This document shows, one piece after another, positions 62,601 to 64,000 of a DNA stretch of 64,000 bases. Origin of the DNA: Thalia democratica (lineage: Eukaryota); NCBI GenBank assembly GCA_965202585.1, contig OZ241826.1:82274001-82338000 (forward strand), in the 5' to 3' direction. Both the position numbers and the translations under genes were made by a program. Position 1 is the stretch's first letter. Each line of letters opens with the position of its first letter. Below the pieces are notes generated by a model. It saw nothing but the letters and a program-made list of their open reading frames with translations, was not told the origin of the DNA and did not search any database.

Positions 62601-64000
62601 TTTTGAAATTATTGCATGGCTCGTATAAGAACTTCACAATCGAAAGATTTAACAATAAACCTAGCATTTAATGATTTAAAGTTATAATAAAAACTAAAAA
62701 TCAGCTTTATAATTTACATATAAAAATCCCAAAAGACATCTAAAAAAATTTATTTACTAACTTAATCTATAATAAATATTTTCTTCTAACAAAAGTAGTA
62801 GAATAATAATGTTAAAATTATAAGAAATCTTGGATTTTTTTACTTTTTTTGTAAGTTTAACAATGTAAAATAGTTGTAAATGTAAAGTTAAATATTTCCA
62901 AAACCTAAAGAATGACCTCTTTGTAAACAAACATTTATTAATAAAAAACAAAAATGTTATAATTTTTCAAAATTTATCGCTTTTTTGTTTAAGGGCATAG
63001 GGTGGTCCACCTTGATTTTTACAAGTTGATCTTATTATATAGAATTTTATCTGAGCTATCAGACATTTTTAATCGCTTGAAAAAATTCAAAGTAATTTTT
63101 GAGATATGAGTGATCAAAGTCGGTGACCTTAATAGGTTCTTAATGGAAGGCGCAAACTAAAAACGCGAAAAAAGACCATTTCAATAAAAATCTATTTCCT
63201 CCTTCATTTTTTAAGCAATCTTCTTCGAATTTTTGAAAAGATTAAATGCAGGAATTTCTTTTTGAAAAATACAATTTTTATTGAAAAAAACCACCTATTT
63301 TTTTCTTTTTTTTGATCTAAAAGTTTAATTTTTAAATATTTTTAAATTCCAACACTTAACGTCTTTTAAACTTTAAAAGGAACGTTTCCTGAAAGTTTGA
63401 GGTCTCTAGCTCAAAAAATGAAGGAGAAAATAGATTTTTAGTGATTCTTTAAATTTCCGGAAAAATTGACTCCAAAAAATTTGCAGTCCATATGTTTATA
63501 TAAGAAAATTTTTATACAAATAATAATATCTCAAAAGTTAGATAAGATTTTTTAATTCTACAAAAACTGGCTTGTAGTTTGTACTTGAACCTTTAATATA
63601 AGGTCCAATGTTATTTTTAGTACAAAAAAAATGTCGGATCCCCATATACCCTTAAACTTAATATTTTACAGAAGCTATATTAAAAACTATTTAACCTGGT
63701 ATTGCTGTGAACCTATGTGCAGTAAGGGATTTAAAAAAATCTTAGTAAGAGTAAATCTTCTTTTTTAAATTTATTTTTTCAAGCCCTTATACTTTTTTTC
63801 TTGTTTTATGAGTTTATATTTGTCTTTATTTTTTTTTGTAATTTTTTATTATAATTTATTACAATTAACTTAAAAAGTGATCATCAAAAATTTTGTAGAG
63901 TATTTATCTAATAAAATTATATGTTAAATTCAAACAAAAATTTAAACATTACTACACTGTGTGTAATATGAATAAATTTAAATACTTCTTGTGTTATATC
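56609..64000 (+). pseudogene. 5'-truncated segmental duplicate of 15430-22729 with exon copies at 58128-58313, 58785-58991, 60439-60690, 62454-62518, 63672-63744
   Basis: Collinear near-identity to copy 1; runs off the window end. Confidence 0.95.

Overview
Very AT-rich eukaryotic genomic DNA with GT-AG introns and dense MITEs. The composition and repeat style look hydrozoan (Hydra-like); this is an inference. No rRNA, tRNA or CRISPR locus. (1) 794-25354 (+): a large multi-exon gene of unrecognised family. Many long phase-0 exons are intact and others carry stops or frameshifts. Its introns hold a decayed Gypsy integrase and Kolobok-, hAT- and foldback-type MITEs. (2) 26-36 kb: decayed exon-like segments on both strands and two Penelope/retrozyme-type hammerhead ribozyme cores. 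(3) 36040-51862: a shuffled tandem array of multi-kb blocks carrying repeated short exons. (4) 55117-56608: a GC-richer composite insert with three near-exact copies of the 28S rRNA R2/I-PpoI target sequence, a perfect 114-bp palindrome, a 148-bp tandem duplication and a 46-codon DDX6/Me31B fragment of atypical codon usage. (5) That fragment is fused to the start of a >=7.4-kb segmental duplicate (56609-64000) of 15430-22729. All alignments and counts were made by eye.
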